Shown here one piece after another: positions 30,286-39,986 of a stretch of DNA of 64,000 nucleotides (the first letter of the stretch is position 1; every line of letters starts with the position of its first letter). The translations under genes were made by a program, and so were the position numbers. This DNA comes from Candidatus Daviesbacteria bacterium (GTDB taxonomy: Bacteria; Patescibacteriota; Microgenomatia; Daviesbacterales; UBA10151), in NCBI GenBank assembly GCA_030699125.1, contig JAUYKM010000007.1, positions 5,082 through 69,081 of the forward strand, read 5' to 3'. The notes under the pieces are model-generated. The model was not told the origin of the DNA, did not search any database, and worked only from the letters and a program-made list of their open reading frames with translations.

Positions 30286-30995
30286 TTTTTTAGCCTCCCG
30301 GATCCGGTAAACAGTAACATTACCAGAAACAGGTCATAAATGATCCTTAAATATTTAACTATCCCGAACTTTGATCTGCCATACAGCCTAGGCCGATGAA
30401 TAATAGGTACCTCGCTCACCTTATAACCTAACTTTTTGGCAAAAAGATTGGAAAACCTCAGTAGTGAGCCTTCTTGAGGAATATTCTCCAAAACCTCTCT
30501 TTGATAGATTTTGAAAGGGGAATTAAGATCATGAAAGCGGTGCCCATTTAAAATTGAGGCAAACTTATTTCCTAAGTTGGAAATCCATACTTTATAAAAA
30601 ATATCTTGACGTGTCTTCCTCCAGCCTGAAACTAAATCATAACCTTGGTTGAATTTAGTCAGGAGTTTGCGCATCTCATTGGGGTCATCCTGTAAATCTG
30701 AGTCAGAAGTAATGATTATTTGACCCTGGGCTGCCTCAAAACCGGCTTTGAGAGCTGCCCATTTACCCTGGGGGGAGGCAAAGGTGAGTATTTTGACGGC
30801 TGTGAAGGATTTTAAGATAGATAGGGAGGAATCGGTTGAGGCATCATTGACGGCAATTATTTCCCAGCCAGAGGCTGGTCGTCCTTTGGACGAATATTTT
30901 TTGTCTCTCATAACCTGGGTAATCTCCTCTAAAAGCTGTGGTAGAGATTCTGCCTCATTTTTTATAGGTAAAATCCAGGAATATGTCACCTTCAT
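30282..30995 (-). CDS. Glycosyltransferase family 2 (DPM/ArnC-like)
   Basis: P.KNE, VNDASTD, DSDLQDDP, DLVSGWR, H.PR..G.SK. Confidence 0.92.
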   Translation of the reverse strand: MKVTYSWILPIKNEAESLPQLLEEITQVMRDKKYSSKGRPASGWEIIAVNDASTDSSLSILKSFTAVKILTFASPQGKWAALKAGFEAAQGQIIITSDSDLQDDPNEMRKLLTKFNQGYDLVSGWRKTRQDIFYKVWISNLGNKFASILNGHRFHDLNSPFKIYQREVLENIPQEGSLLRFSNLFAKKLGYKVSEVPIIHRPRLYGRSKFGIVKYLRIIYDLFLVMLLFTGSGRLKK

Positions 30996-31067
30996 AAGGG
31001 TGAATATACCATGTAAAATGGGGGATTGAAAGGGAAAAAGAGATCTGTTAGGATCTTTCTATCTTTT

Positions 31068-31496
31068 ATGGATTTTAAAGATTTAGAAACCAAAATAACC
31101 GATCCTAAGTATGCTATTCCTGCCTCGATTGTGGCTTTGGTGATTTTGGCTGCTGTGGGTTTTTTCTATTTCCAATCTCAACAAAACCAGCCAATTGATC
31201 CTAATAATCAACAGGCTGTTCAGGAAGAAAATAACAAGGTTATTGAAGAAGTGGCCAAATTAATGGATTTACCTTCGGGAGAAACGCCGCAGGTTTTGAC
31301 AGTGACCGATATAACTCAACTGCAAGGTCAGCCGTTTTTTGCCCGGGCTCAAAACGGAGATAGGGTTTTGGTCTATTCCGGAGCCCAAAAAGCCATTCTT
31401 TATGATCCTAATAATAAAAAAATCAGGGAAGTTTCTCCCATCAACCTGGCTCCTCCTTCAGCCACTGAATCTGCCATACCTTCAGCTGCTCCATAG
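31068..31496 (+). CDS. Membrane-anchored hypothetical protein
   Basis: One TM followed by LP..E.P...TV.D...L..QPFF..AQNGD.VLVY. Confidence 0.75.
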   Translation: MDFKDLETKITDPKYAIPASIVALVILAAVGFFYFQSQQNQPIDPNNQQAVQEENNKVIEEVAKLMDLPSGETPQVLTVTDITQLQGQPFFARAQNGDRVLVYSGAQKAILYDPNNKKIREVSPINLAPPSATESAIPSAAP

Positions 31497-31593
31497 ATAA
31501 ACTCACTATTGTAAATTATGACAAGGGGTGTAAAATAAATTTGGCAGGAAGTTTATTAGGTTTATCTTACCTTCTGCTAAAGGAATTATTTTT

Positions 31594-32493
31594 GTGCGTA
31601 ACATCTTACTCTTACGAGTGGTAGTGGCGATCATTTTTGGGGCTTTTGCCATACTTTTTTCAGAGCTGATACCTCCACTCTCCAATATTGACCCCCGATT
31701 ACTTAAGGTATTTGTAACTCTGGCGGCAGCAGCAGTAGGTTTTCTGGTCTTTCCCGACATTGCCGGATATATTAGAAAAGTCTCCCTCACCTTGTTTAAT
31801 TTTATAGTACACAGAGTCTCATCAGAGGTGATGAATCAGATATTAAAGCTGCCCAGAGGTCACTTTCCCTTTGGTCAAAGTCCACAGGTAGGATCAGTGG
31901 CTATCACGAGACCGCAAATTTTGGATACTTCAGCCATTATTGACGGCAGGATACTGGATATTGCCAAAACAGGATTTATCTCAGGTCTGGTACTAATACC
32001 TCAGTTTGTTTTGGGCGAGCTGCAGCAGGTAGCTGACAGTGCAGATGATCTAAAAAGAGCCCGCGGCAGACGCGGGTTTGAGGTTATTGAAGATTTGAAA
32101 AAAATCAAAGGAGTGAGGGTGGAAGTATGGGATAAGGATCAAAATGGTAAAACAGTGGATGATAAACTGCTTAATCTGGCCAAAGCCACTCATGGCAAAG
32201 TCATCACCACAGATTATAATTTAAACAGAGTAGCCTCAGTTTCCAATATCAATGTATTGAATGTTAATGATTTGTCCAATGCTGTTAAAACCAATGCTAT
32301 ACCAGGAGAGAAGATGGATCTGAAAATTATGCATATCGGTAAAGATCCCTCCCAGGGAGTGGGGTATTTAGAAGATGGGACGATGATTGTGGTCTCAGAT
32401 GCAGCAGATCAAATTGGCAAAACCTTGAAGATAGAGGTCACCAAAAGCCTGCAAATACCGGCCGGCAGGATGATATTTGGGAAGAAGATTTGA
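31594..32493 (+). CDS. PIN/TRAM-domain membrane protein (YacL-like)
   Basis: LDTSAIIDGRI, RGRRG, TTDYNL, GK...QGVGYL.DGTMIVV. Confidence 0.92.
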   Translation: MRNILLLRVVVAIIFGAFAILFSELIPPLSNIDPRLLKVFVTLAAAAVGFLVFPDIAGYIRKVSLTLFNFIVHRVSSEVMNQILKLPRGHFPFGQSPQVGSVAITRPQILDTSAIIDGRILDIAKTGFISGLVLIPQFVLGELQQVADSADDLKRARGRRGFEVIEDLKKIKGVRVEVWDKDQNGKTVDDKLLNLAKATHGKVITTDYNLNRVASVSNINVLNVNDLSNAVKTNAIPGEKMDLKIMHIGKDPSQGVGYLEDGTMIVVSDAADQIGKTLKIEVTKSLQIPAGRMIFGKKI

Positions 32494-32532
32494 CATTTAA
32501 GACCTATAGTTATATAATGGGACTCTTAATAT

Positions 32533-33501
32533 ATGGGAATTGAAATTAGCCGTACTAGAGGGTCCTTATTTGAGAGTCTTGCTAAAAAAGGAGCAAGATT
32601 TCTAATAACGAAAACACCTAACTTGGTTTTTGCCACAGCAGCTGTTTTCTCAGGAAGTGTTCCTAAAGATGCAAAGGCAGTGGATGATCTTGATCTTATT
32701 TTCCCGACCCCTATTGTAGAACAACTAAATCTTAATAGATATAACTCATTAGAGTTGCCTATTCTCAATCCAGATGGAACTCGTAAACAGATTAGACAAT
32801 TAGAACAAAACTATAACTCTGAAGCGGTTTACAGCACTAGACAAGCTTGGACAACTCGCCTTTGGTGGCCAATTTTTGAATCAAAAGCCCTAAGTGATGG
32901 TTTACCTAGGATAGCTGACGATTGGTGGCCAGCTCATGTGTATGACATTACTACAGGTGGAATACATAACGTACAAGGTCAGGCTTGGGAAAAGGCAAGA
33001 AATATTATGGAGCAACATCCGGAATCAGAAAGTTTTGCCGGATATTGTCCTTGGGTGGCTATTGTACAGGCAACAGAGGAACAACCTGTGGCTTTTCCAG
33101 GAGAAAATTTGGCAGGTGAGACAGATCCTGAACGTATTATACAGCTTAAAGAAGGACTTTTAGTAATTAAACATGCGGGGGATATTTTAGTACCGGTGCC
33201 GACAACTACTGAAACCTTTGCAGCTATTATACAGAATGGTTTTACTATGATTGTAGATATGCCTGTTGGCAAAGTAGGTCAATGGTTTAGATCAGTTAAT
33301 GGAATAGAAGGCAATCAATTGATTGTTACAAATTTTGGTTACCCTGATATAAAACTACCAATTGATGGGGTAGTATCTGCCTATATTGTTTATCCAGCTG
33401 ATAGTACTGAGAATTTCGCACCAGGTATTAAAGATACAACATCATTTTGGAGATACAATATTGATAGAGCTCATATTAATGAATTAGTTTACGGGCAGTA
33501 A
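32533..33501 (+). CDS. Hypothetical protein, possible transglutaminase-elicitor-like cysteine enzyme
   Basis: WWP, AGYCPW.A....E.P, K.GLL; own TTGACA..TATAAT promoter. Confidence 0.5.
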   Translation: MGIEISRTRGSLFESLAKKGARFLITKTPNLVFATAAVFSGSVPKDAKAVDDLDLIFPTPIVEQLNLNRYNSLELPILNPDGTRKQIRQLEQNYNSEAVYSTRQAWTTRLWWPIFESKALSDGLPRIADDWWPAHVYDITTGGIHNVQGQAWEKARNIMEQHPESESFAGYCPWVAIVQATEEQPVAFPGENLAGETDPERIIQLKEGLLVIKHAGDILVPVPTTTETFAAIIQNGFTMIVDMPVGKVGQWFRSVNGIEGNQLIVTNFGYPDIKLPIDGVVSAYIVYPADSTENFAPGIKDTTSFWRYNIDRAHINELVYGQ

Positions 33502-33694
33502 AAACTTTTCCACAATTCCAAATTTCTTGTTAATATCCAAAAGTATAGCATAAGTTTAGCAAGTTATAACAGCCTAAAATTACTGCCATAGCCTCTAAAC
33601 AAAACTACAGGTCTGCCATAAATTCTCCTAAATTATCCTATGGGTTTTATAAAACTTGACAAATAGTTTTTATTCTGATAAAGTCAAATTTGTC

Positions 33695-33835
33695 ATGATT
33701 ATGGCAAAATTTGTAAACAGCTGGAAAAGGTTTAAAAAGGTCAGAAGAGTCAAAGGTGTAGATGATGTGACAGAACAAGTTAAAAAGGTTCTAGAGGATA
33801 GGGACCAGCAATTAATATTGATGGTTCGTAACTAA
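33695..33835 (+). CDS. Small basic protein (46 aa)
   Basis: MIMAKFVNSWKRFKKVRRVKGVDDVTEQVKKVLEDRDQQLILMVRN; TTGACA-17-TAAAGT upstream and a terminator directly after the stop. Confidence 0.55.
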   Translation: MIMAKFVNSWKRFKKVRRVKGVDDVTEQVKKVLEDRDQQLILMVRN

Positions 33836-33876
33836 AAAAGGAAAGTGCGAAGCAGACGGACGCACTTTCCTTTTTT
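33834..33876. terminator. Bidirectional intrinsic terminator
   Basis: AAAAAAGGAAAGTGCG-loop-CGCACTTTCCTTTTTT. Confidence 0.85.
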
Positions 33877-33949
33877 GTACTTTAAAAATTGGAATTTATT
33901 TGGAACTTGTGATTTAGGATTTGGAATTTCTTTTTTTACCCAAAGGGTA

Positions 33950-34045
33950 AAAAAAGAGCATTACTACCGCAGACGGACTCGAATAGCAATGCCCTTTTTA
34001 TTAATTTCGAAAACAACTTCAAGAGCAGTTAGAAGTTGTTTTCTT
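33950..34045 (-). ncRNA. Candidate ~95-nt sRNA
   Basis: Minus-strand TTGACA (34075-34080) and a -10 near 34051-34058; 12-bp hairpin; then a terminator whose mismatches are G.U pairs only on the minus strand. Confidence 0.5.
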
Positions 34046-34353
34046 ACTTTACATTAGAGTAAATTTAAGGGGGTTGTCAAGACCCCAAAATAGCTTCAAT
34101 TTTAAAAAATTGGATACAATATGCCCTCAAAAAGAGGGGTTTGGAGAAAGGTTTGTGGTGTTCTATATTGGGAGCTGATCTAGGGCAGGGATCAGTTCCC
34201 AATAAAGGACAGCACTTTAAACAAATTAACATATAGTAATCACGATTAAATAGGGGACTTGACCCATTCGGCAAGCTCAGGGTCTGCGGGGCCTAGTTGA
34301 CCCCTTGACAAGGACTAGAACCTATAGTATAATACTCCACATAAAATAGCTAT

Positions 34354-35577
34354 ATGAATAATATGCCATTACAAAAAATATTTTTTTCAATTTTTTCCAG
34401 ATACCTTTTAATAGGTATTTCTGCTATGGTCTTACTTTTAGGTGGACAGCAGCTGGTTAATGGAGACCTCTTACAAAGAGGACCGGAATTGGCCTTTGCC
34501 CAAAGTATTGGAGAATGTATTGACGGTAAAACCTATCTTGGAGGAGGAGTATATGTTCCAGGATGTGAGGATAACACGGATGCCGGCCAACCTGGACAAC
34601 CCGGGCAACCTGCAGTAGAAGCTTGTCCAAAAATTGATGTGGTCAGAACAGAACAAGATTGTGTAGGGGATAAATGGTGTACATTTAATGTCTGGCAAGG
34701 ACCCGCAGGAGATGGAAGCTGCACCTATGGTAGAGGCGGAGCTTATGGTTGTCAACTTATTGCCGGAAAATGTGGGTATAACCCTGCTCCTCAACCAGTA
34801 GCACCTCAGCCTGTGGTAACAACTACCCAGCTTCCTGAGTGTCCAAAGCCAGGTCAATCCGGAACTCAGCAAATTTGTGGCGGACAATGGGCTTATGATG
34901 TTTGTACCATCACCGAGAGATTTTCCGATGGCACTCCTGCCAAATACAGATGCAGTTATTCTCAAAATGCTAACTGCGTAGGTACATATTCCTGTCCTGC
35001 TCCGGCTCCGGTGGTAACTACCCAGGCTTGTCAGATTAAAACTGTTAAAACAGAACAAACTTGTATTGGAGCACAACTTTGTACTTTTAATTTCCAGCAA
35101 CAGTCAGATTGTTCTGTGGTTAAAAAAGGCCCATTTAATTGTTTTGAATCAACTCAATGTCGAGCAGTGGTTCAGCCTCCGGTAGTGGTTACCCCGGTGG
35201 TACCTATTGCCCAGGGAGCTGGTCCTGTTAGTGTGACTAACAACAATAACAATACCAACAATAATTCTAATACAAACAATAACAATATATCTGTTAATGC
35301 ATCAGGGGCGAGAGAAACTGTTCGGGAAGTGCAAACTGTGACAGCAGCTGCACCTACTGTGGTTTATGCTCAACAGCCAGCAGTTGCCGGTGTGCAAGTG
35401 AAAGAATTACCTAAAACAGGTTTACCAGTTGCAGCCTGGGCTGCTTTAGCCTTTATCCCTGCCGGATTCAGAATGAGAAAATTCAGAAAAGTTCAAGGTG
35501 AGCTGGAAAATTCACCAGTTTACATTTGGGAAAAAAGAGAGTATGATGCCAACACCTATAGTCATGAGCAGATTTAA
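34354..35577 (+). CDS. Secreted Cys-rich protein with poly-Asn tract and LPKTG sorting signal
   Basis: Signal peptide, repeated C..EQ.C.G...CTFN modules, N-run, then LPKTG + hydrophobic segment + basic tail. Confidence 0.8.
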   Translation: MNNMPLQKIFFSIFSRYLLIGISAMVLLLGGQQLVNGDLLQRGPELAFAQSIGECIDGKTYLGGGVYVPGCEDNTDAGQPGQPGQPAVEACPKIDVVRTEQDCVGDKWCTFNVWQGPAGDGSCTYGRGGAYGCQLIAGKCGYNPAPQPVAPQPVVTTTQLPECPKPGQSGTQQICGGQWAYDVCTITERFSDGTPAKYRCSYSQNANCVGTYSCPAPAPVVTTQACQIKTVKTEQTCIGAQLCTFNFQQQSDCSVVKKGPFNCFESTQCRAVVQPPVVVTPVVPIAQGAGPVSVTNNNNNTNNNSNTNNNNISVNASGARETVREVQTVTAAAPTVVYAQQPAVAGVQVKELPKTGLPVAAWAALAFIPAGFRMRKFRKVQGELENSPVYIWEKREYDANTYSHEQI

Positions 35578-36685
35578 GCAGACGATATTTTGGAAAAAAT
35601 TCACCAAGATCCTGCTCTTCCTATTATCTCTTTATGTTATTTTTGCCGCTTTTAACTATGATTCTGTTAAAGTAGCAGCTCAAAGTTGTCAGCCGCCCAC
35701 AGCAGCTCCCACTAACCTTTCACCTAATGGCCAAACCTTTTCAGCTGGTACTAATTCAGCAACTCTTTCCTGGAGTCCAGTTGATCGGGCCACTTATTAT
35801 GCAGTTAATGTGATGGAAGGTACCATTTGGACTGTTTATAGCAGTAACAATTTAGCAGCCACCAGCATCAATATTAGCGGACTAAAGAATGGTTCCAGCT
35901 ATAGATGGTTTGTCAGGTCATTTAACGAATGTGGCAGCGGTGGGCTGGGGGCGGCCACATTTTCAGTTGCCTCAGGAGCGGTTGATCAGACTTATAATAT
36001 AAGTTGCTCTATTACCCAACAGCTTCAGAATTCATATTCCACCTCCACACCTTATAGCTATCTTTTAACTGGTCATGCCAGCTCAACTGCTGGAAACATT
36101 GTCTCTTATGAATGGGATTTGACCAACAATGGTTCTATTGATGCTTCTGGTCAATCTATTCAGCAAAACTATTTTGCTGATACAACTGCCAGACTGCAGG
36201 TAAAAGATTCAGCAGGGAATATCACCAGTTGTACTACTTTTATTGATGTCCCCAGCTCAACTGGAACTGTTTGTAGTCAAGATACTCTTCGATGTTCTGA
36301 TGGTTCCTATGTGAGTAGAAATCCTAATAATAACTGCAATTTTTATGCTTGTCCGACTCAGCAATTTTGTAGATCTATTTCCTGCTCGCAAGCTCCTTCT
36401 GGTTGTTATTACTCAGGACGAATAACTTATTCTTGTGACTCAAATGTGTCTTTAACTTGTGGAACTCTAATTTGTCAGCCTTCTGTGACGCCTGTCCAGC
36501 CAGTAGTCTATCCTCAAAGGGTGATCTATCCTCAGCCGGTGGTTTATCCTCAATCAGTTATACAGCCAATCTATCCTACACCTTTTACTCCTGCACCAAG
36601 TATTGATATTAATAACATTAATAACAATAACAACAACAATAACAATAACAATAATAATAACAATAATATTTCGATTAATATTTAA
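35543..36685 (+). CDS. Secreted FN3 + PKD-like + Cys-rich protein with poly-Asn C-terminus (start uncertain)
   Basis: LSW..V..A..Y / GL..G.SY.W.V (FN3), SYEWD...G..D (PKD-like), VVYPQ repeats, AAC/AAT run. Confidence 0.8.
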   Translation: MMPTPIVMSRFKQTIFWKKFTKILLFLLSLYVIFAAFNYDSVKVAAQSCQPPTAAPTNLSPNGQTFSAGTNSATLSWSPVDRATYYAVNVMEGTIWTVYSSNNLAATSINISGLKNGSSYRWFVRSFNECGSGGLGAATFSVASGAVDQTYNISCSITQQLQNSYSTSTPYSYLLTGHASSTAGNIVSYEWDLTNNGSIDASGQSIQQNYFADTTARLQVKDSAGNITSCTTFIDVPSSTGTVCSQDTLRCSDGSYVSRNPNNNCNFYACPTQQFCRSISCSQAPSGCYYSGRITYSCDSNVSLTCGTLICQPSVTPVQPVVYPQRVIYPQPVVYPQSVIQPIYPTPFTPAPSIDINNINNNNNNNNNNNNNNNNISINI

Positions 36686-36782
36686 TTCTTGACAGAATAG
36701 AGATTATATGGTTTACTAAGGATGTAAGCCTCCGTATAAGAAAATTTTCAGTTTACAATTTAAAAATAAGAACTAGCCTATC

Positions 36783-38189
36783 ATGCCTCGAGTAACAAAA
36801 TCATTTAAACCTAAAGAAGAGCCTATTAAAGCTGAAGAAACTTCAGTCCCGATTGAATCGGGATCGGTGGAGCAGTTAGTGGGAGAAGGACTGGACAATA
36901 CAGACGATGGACGATCGAAGATAGAAGATGGTAATTTGAAGATAGAAAATGGAGGATCGAATGAGAACAATCCACCTTCTAAGTTCTATCCTCAAAGATC
37001 TACTTTCTATTCTCCATCATCTACCGTCCGCAACAGCTACCCCGACCGTGAACGCGATGTCCCCACAGAAAATGTGTCCGGAGTTTTGGATGTCATGCCG
37101 GAAGGCCATGGTTTCCTACGACCTAAATATATACCTTCTGATATAGACGTATATATTTCTGCCAGCCAGATCAGAAGATTTCACTTGCGCCCTGGTGATT
37201 TTGTAGAAGGAGCAGCCCGTCCTCCGAAAGAAACAGAGAGATATTTTGGACTACTTCAGGTTAATAAAATTAATGGCGAAGATGCGGACAAACTAATGGG
37301 AGAAGATGGGCGGCCCAAAAAAAGGCTCCGATTTGAGGATTTAACCGCCATTTATCCTAATAAACATCTTAAATTGGAAACAGGTAAGGAACCGCTTTCT
37401 CAAAGAGTGATGGATCTGGTGGCTCCAATTGGTTTTGGTCAGAGAGGTTTGATTGTCTCATCCCCTAAAGCAGGTAAAACTACCATCTTAAAAGATATAG
37501 CCACCGGCGTTGCCAAAAATCACCCCGATGTAGTTTTAATGGCAGTTTTGGTGGGTGAACGTCCTGAGGAGGTCACAGATATCTCTAGGTCAATTAAAGG
37601 CGATGTGATTGCCTCAAACTTTGATGAACCGGCGGAAGCCCAGACTGCAGCTGCCGAGATTGCCCTGGAGAGGGCCAAGAGACTGGTGGAGCAAGGTAAA
37701 GATGTAGTCATTCTTTTGGATTCTGTTACCAGATTAGGTAGAGCTTATAATTTATCCGTGCCTCCTTCCGGAAGAACTTTATCCGGGGGTTTTGATCCAA
37801 TAGCTTTATATCCTCCCAAGCATTTTTTTGGAGCTGCCAGAAATTGCGAGGAAGGCGGCTCATTAACTATTATTGGTACAGCTTTGGTGGATACCGGATC
37901 CAGAATGGATGATTTAATCTATGAGGAGTTTAAAGGCACCGGCAATATGGAGCTGCACCTGGATAGAAGAATTGCTGAGAGACGGGTTTTCCCGGCCATT
38001 GATATTGAAGCATCAGGCACCAGACAGGAACAACTATTATTTAAGGAAGATTATTATAAACAGATGATCATCATGAGGCGGATGATTGGCATATTGGGTG
38101 AGAATGAAAGAACAGAAATATTTTTAGAAAGGCTTAAAAAAACTGATTCCAATGAGGATTTTTTAAAGACACTAAAGGACATAAAATAA
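36783..38189 (+). CDS. rho: Transcription termination factor Rho
   Basis: [44 protein letters not shown]. Confidence 0.97.
   Translation: MPRVTKSFKPKEEPIKAEETSVPIESGSVEQLVGEGLDNTDDGRSKIEDGNLKIENGGSNENNPPSKFYPQRSTFYSPSSTVRNSYPDRERDVPTENVSGVLDVMPEGHGFLRPKYIPSDIDVYISASQIRRFHLRPGDFVEGAARPPKETERYFGLLQVNKINGEDADKLMGEDGRPKKRLRFEDLTAIYPNKHLKLETGKEPLSQRVMDLVAPIGFGQRGLIVSSPKAGKTTILKDIATGVAKNHPDVVLMAVLVGERPEEVTDISRSIKGDVIASNFDEPAEAQTAAAEIALERAKRLVEQGKDVVILLDSVTRLGRAYNLSVPPSGRTLSGGFDPIALYPPKHFFGAARNCEEGGSLTIIGTALVDTGSRMDDLIYEEFKGTGNMELHLDRRIAERRVFPAIDIEASGTRQEQLLFKEDYYKQMIIMRRMIGILGENERTEIFLERLKKTDSNEDFLKTLKDIK
36903..37028 (+). repeat. Heptamer-built hairpin element inside rho
   Basis: GACGAT..(GAAGATA-like)n..(TCTATCC-like)n..CTACCGTC; homologous to 44514-44646 and 55991-56123. 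Confidence 0.8.
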
Positions 38190-38315
38190 TTTCAGATTTT
38201 TCGATACTCATTGACATACGGTTGATACTCAATAGATATTCATTGTATTGACAATGTATTTCCATGTATATCCATGCATGTCTACTGTATATCTATTTTG
38301 TGCTATCATAATTCT

Positions 38316-38822
38316 ATGTCCTCAAAAGGCTTTACCCTGATTGAAATTCTGGTTACTGTAGTAATTCTTGCGGTACTGATGAGTGTGGGGATAATTTTTT
38401 ATCAGCAAGCCATAGTCCAAAGTAGAGATGATAAAAGAAAACAAGATTTAAATCAGATTGCCCAGGCTCTGGAACTTTATTACCAGGTTAATAAAACATA
38501 TCCCGGCACTGCGGGACAGTGGAGAAATTCCTCTCAGTCTAATTGGATTCCGGATCTTATTCCAACTTTTATTGAATCTTTACCGGAAGATCCTCAGGAT
38601 CAGATAGGCAAAACTTATTTTTATCATGTAAATGATATAGTAGAATGCCCTAATTTATCAGATGGCCAGTTTTATATCCTGATGGCTTTACTTGAGAAAG
38701 AAGATGACCCGGATAGACTGGAAGTTAAGGATACGCGCTATTGCGATGGAATCTCAGTAACCTCTTCCTTGGATTTGACCTTGCCCACTTATTCCCAGGC
38801 ATATATTCTAACCACACCCTAA
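38316..38822 (+). CDS. Type IV pilin / GspG-like pseudopilin
   Basis: KG|FTLIE prepilin motif, RD..RK.DL..I..ALE.Y, LP.DP. Confidence 0.9.
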   Translation: MSSKGFTLIEILVTVVILAVLMSVGIIFYQQAIVQSRDDKRKQDLNQIAQALELYYQVNKTYPGTAGQWRNSSQSNWIPDLIPTFIESLPEDPQDQIGKTYFYHVNDIVECPNLSDGQFYILMALLEKEDDPDRLEVKDTRYCDGISVTSSLDLTLPTYSQAYILTTP

Positions 38823-38867
38823 TTTTCACTTGACCAATCTGCTACAATATTGGCTTAAAAACTTCTC

Positions 38868-39986
38868 ATGAATTCTATCAAGGACGATTTGAGGACACTT
38901 TGCCAGGCCTTGATTTGGTATACCCAGAAAAAGACTAAATATTTGGCTGCCAGGTTTGAGGAATTAAAAAATTTCCTGGTGGAACTTTTGATGCAAAAAA
39001 GGGGAGCCCGTCAGAAACAGGTCTGGCACGGCTCTATCATTGGCCTAGCTTCAGTGGGGATCATCACCTCCGGTATCATTGGCGGTCAGAGTCTAATTTC
39101 CTCCACCTATCCGGGAATTGGCGGACCTGATCCCCGTTTTACAGATGCATTTGAACCTTTTCCTAATGGTCCGCTAGTTGAGGGGTTTCAGGATATTCAT
39201 ACCGAGATCTCCCAAAAACCCCGCTCGGAAACTTTAGAATATGAAGTAGAATCAGGTGATACCTTGTCCTCAATTGCCAAAAAATTTGGCATATCAACAG
39301 ATACCATCAGATGGGAAAATAACTTAAAAAGCGACCAGATCAAGCCGGGAGATACGGTAAATATTTTGCCGCTATCAGGCGTGTCTCATAAAGTAGTCAG
39401 CGGGGATACCTTAGAATCAGTGGCCAAAAAATATTCTGCTAATGCTCAGGCCATAGTTGATTTCCCTTTTAATGATGTGCCGGATGACTTTAGTCTTCGG
39501 GTGGGTCAAATCTTAATCATCCCGGATGGAGTACCGCCTGAGGTTAAAGTTAGACCGTCATCCAGGCCCCAGCCTCAGTATCTTGCTCAAGGTCCATCCT
39601 CGCCCACCTTTGACGCACCTTTTGGTGCATCATTTATCTGGCCGGTAGGGGGACAATTAAGCCAATATTTTGCCTGGTATCATCCGGGGATTGATATTGC
39701 CAACAGGTCCGCTCCGGGAATTGCCGCCTCAGACGGAGGGGTGGTGGTGGTGGCCGGCTGGCCGGATGGATATGGATATGGAAATCGAGTGGTAATTGAT
39801 CATGGTAATGGCTACCGCAGTCTATATGCGCATCTTTCTAATATTTACGTATCAGTAGGCGAGAGGGCATCCAGGGGGCAGCTGATCGGCCAAATGGGAT
39901 CAACCGGTCGGTCAACCGGGACACATCTGCATTTTGAAATCCACTTTAAAGGAGTGGCAGTGAATCCGCTGGCCATACTGAAATAA
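38868..39986 (+). CDS. LysM-domain M23 peptidase
   Basis: Two LysM repeats (GDTL.SIA), H.GIDI, YAHL, HLHFE. Confidence 0.93.
   Translation: MNSIKDDLRTLCQALIWYTQKKTKYLAARFEELKNFLVELLMQKRGARQKQVWHGSIIGLASVGIITSGIIGGQSLISSTYPGIGGPDPRFTDAFEPFPNGPLVEGFQDIHTEISQKPRSETLEYEVESGDTLSSIAKKFGISTDTIRWENNLKSDQIKPGDTVNILPLSGVSHKVVSGDTLESVAKKYSANAQAIVDFPFNDVPDDFSLRVGQILIIPDGVPPEVKVRPSSRPQPQYLAQGPSSPTFDAPFGASFIWPVGGQLSQYFAWYHPGIDIANRSAPGIAASDGGVVVVAGWPDGYGYGNRVVIDHGNGYRSLYAHLSNIYVSVGERASRGQLIGQMGSTGRSTGTHLHFEIHFKGVAVNPLAILK

Noticed and set aside
33502-34353. Long intergenic region as a CRISPR array or origin
   Set aside because: No repeat-spacer periodicity and no cas genes; explained by the small ORF, hairpins and promoters
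38190-38300. Loosely periodic sequence after rho
   Set aside because: Too degenerate to define a repeat unit or structure by eye
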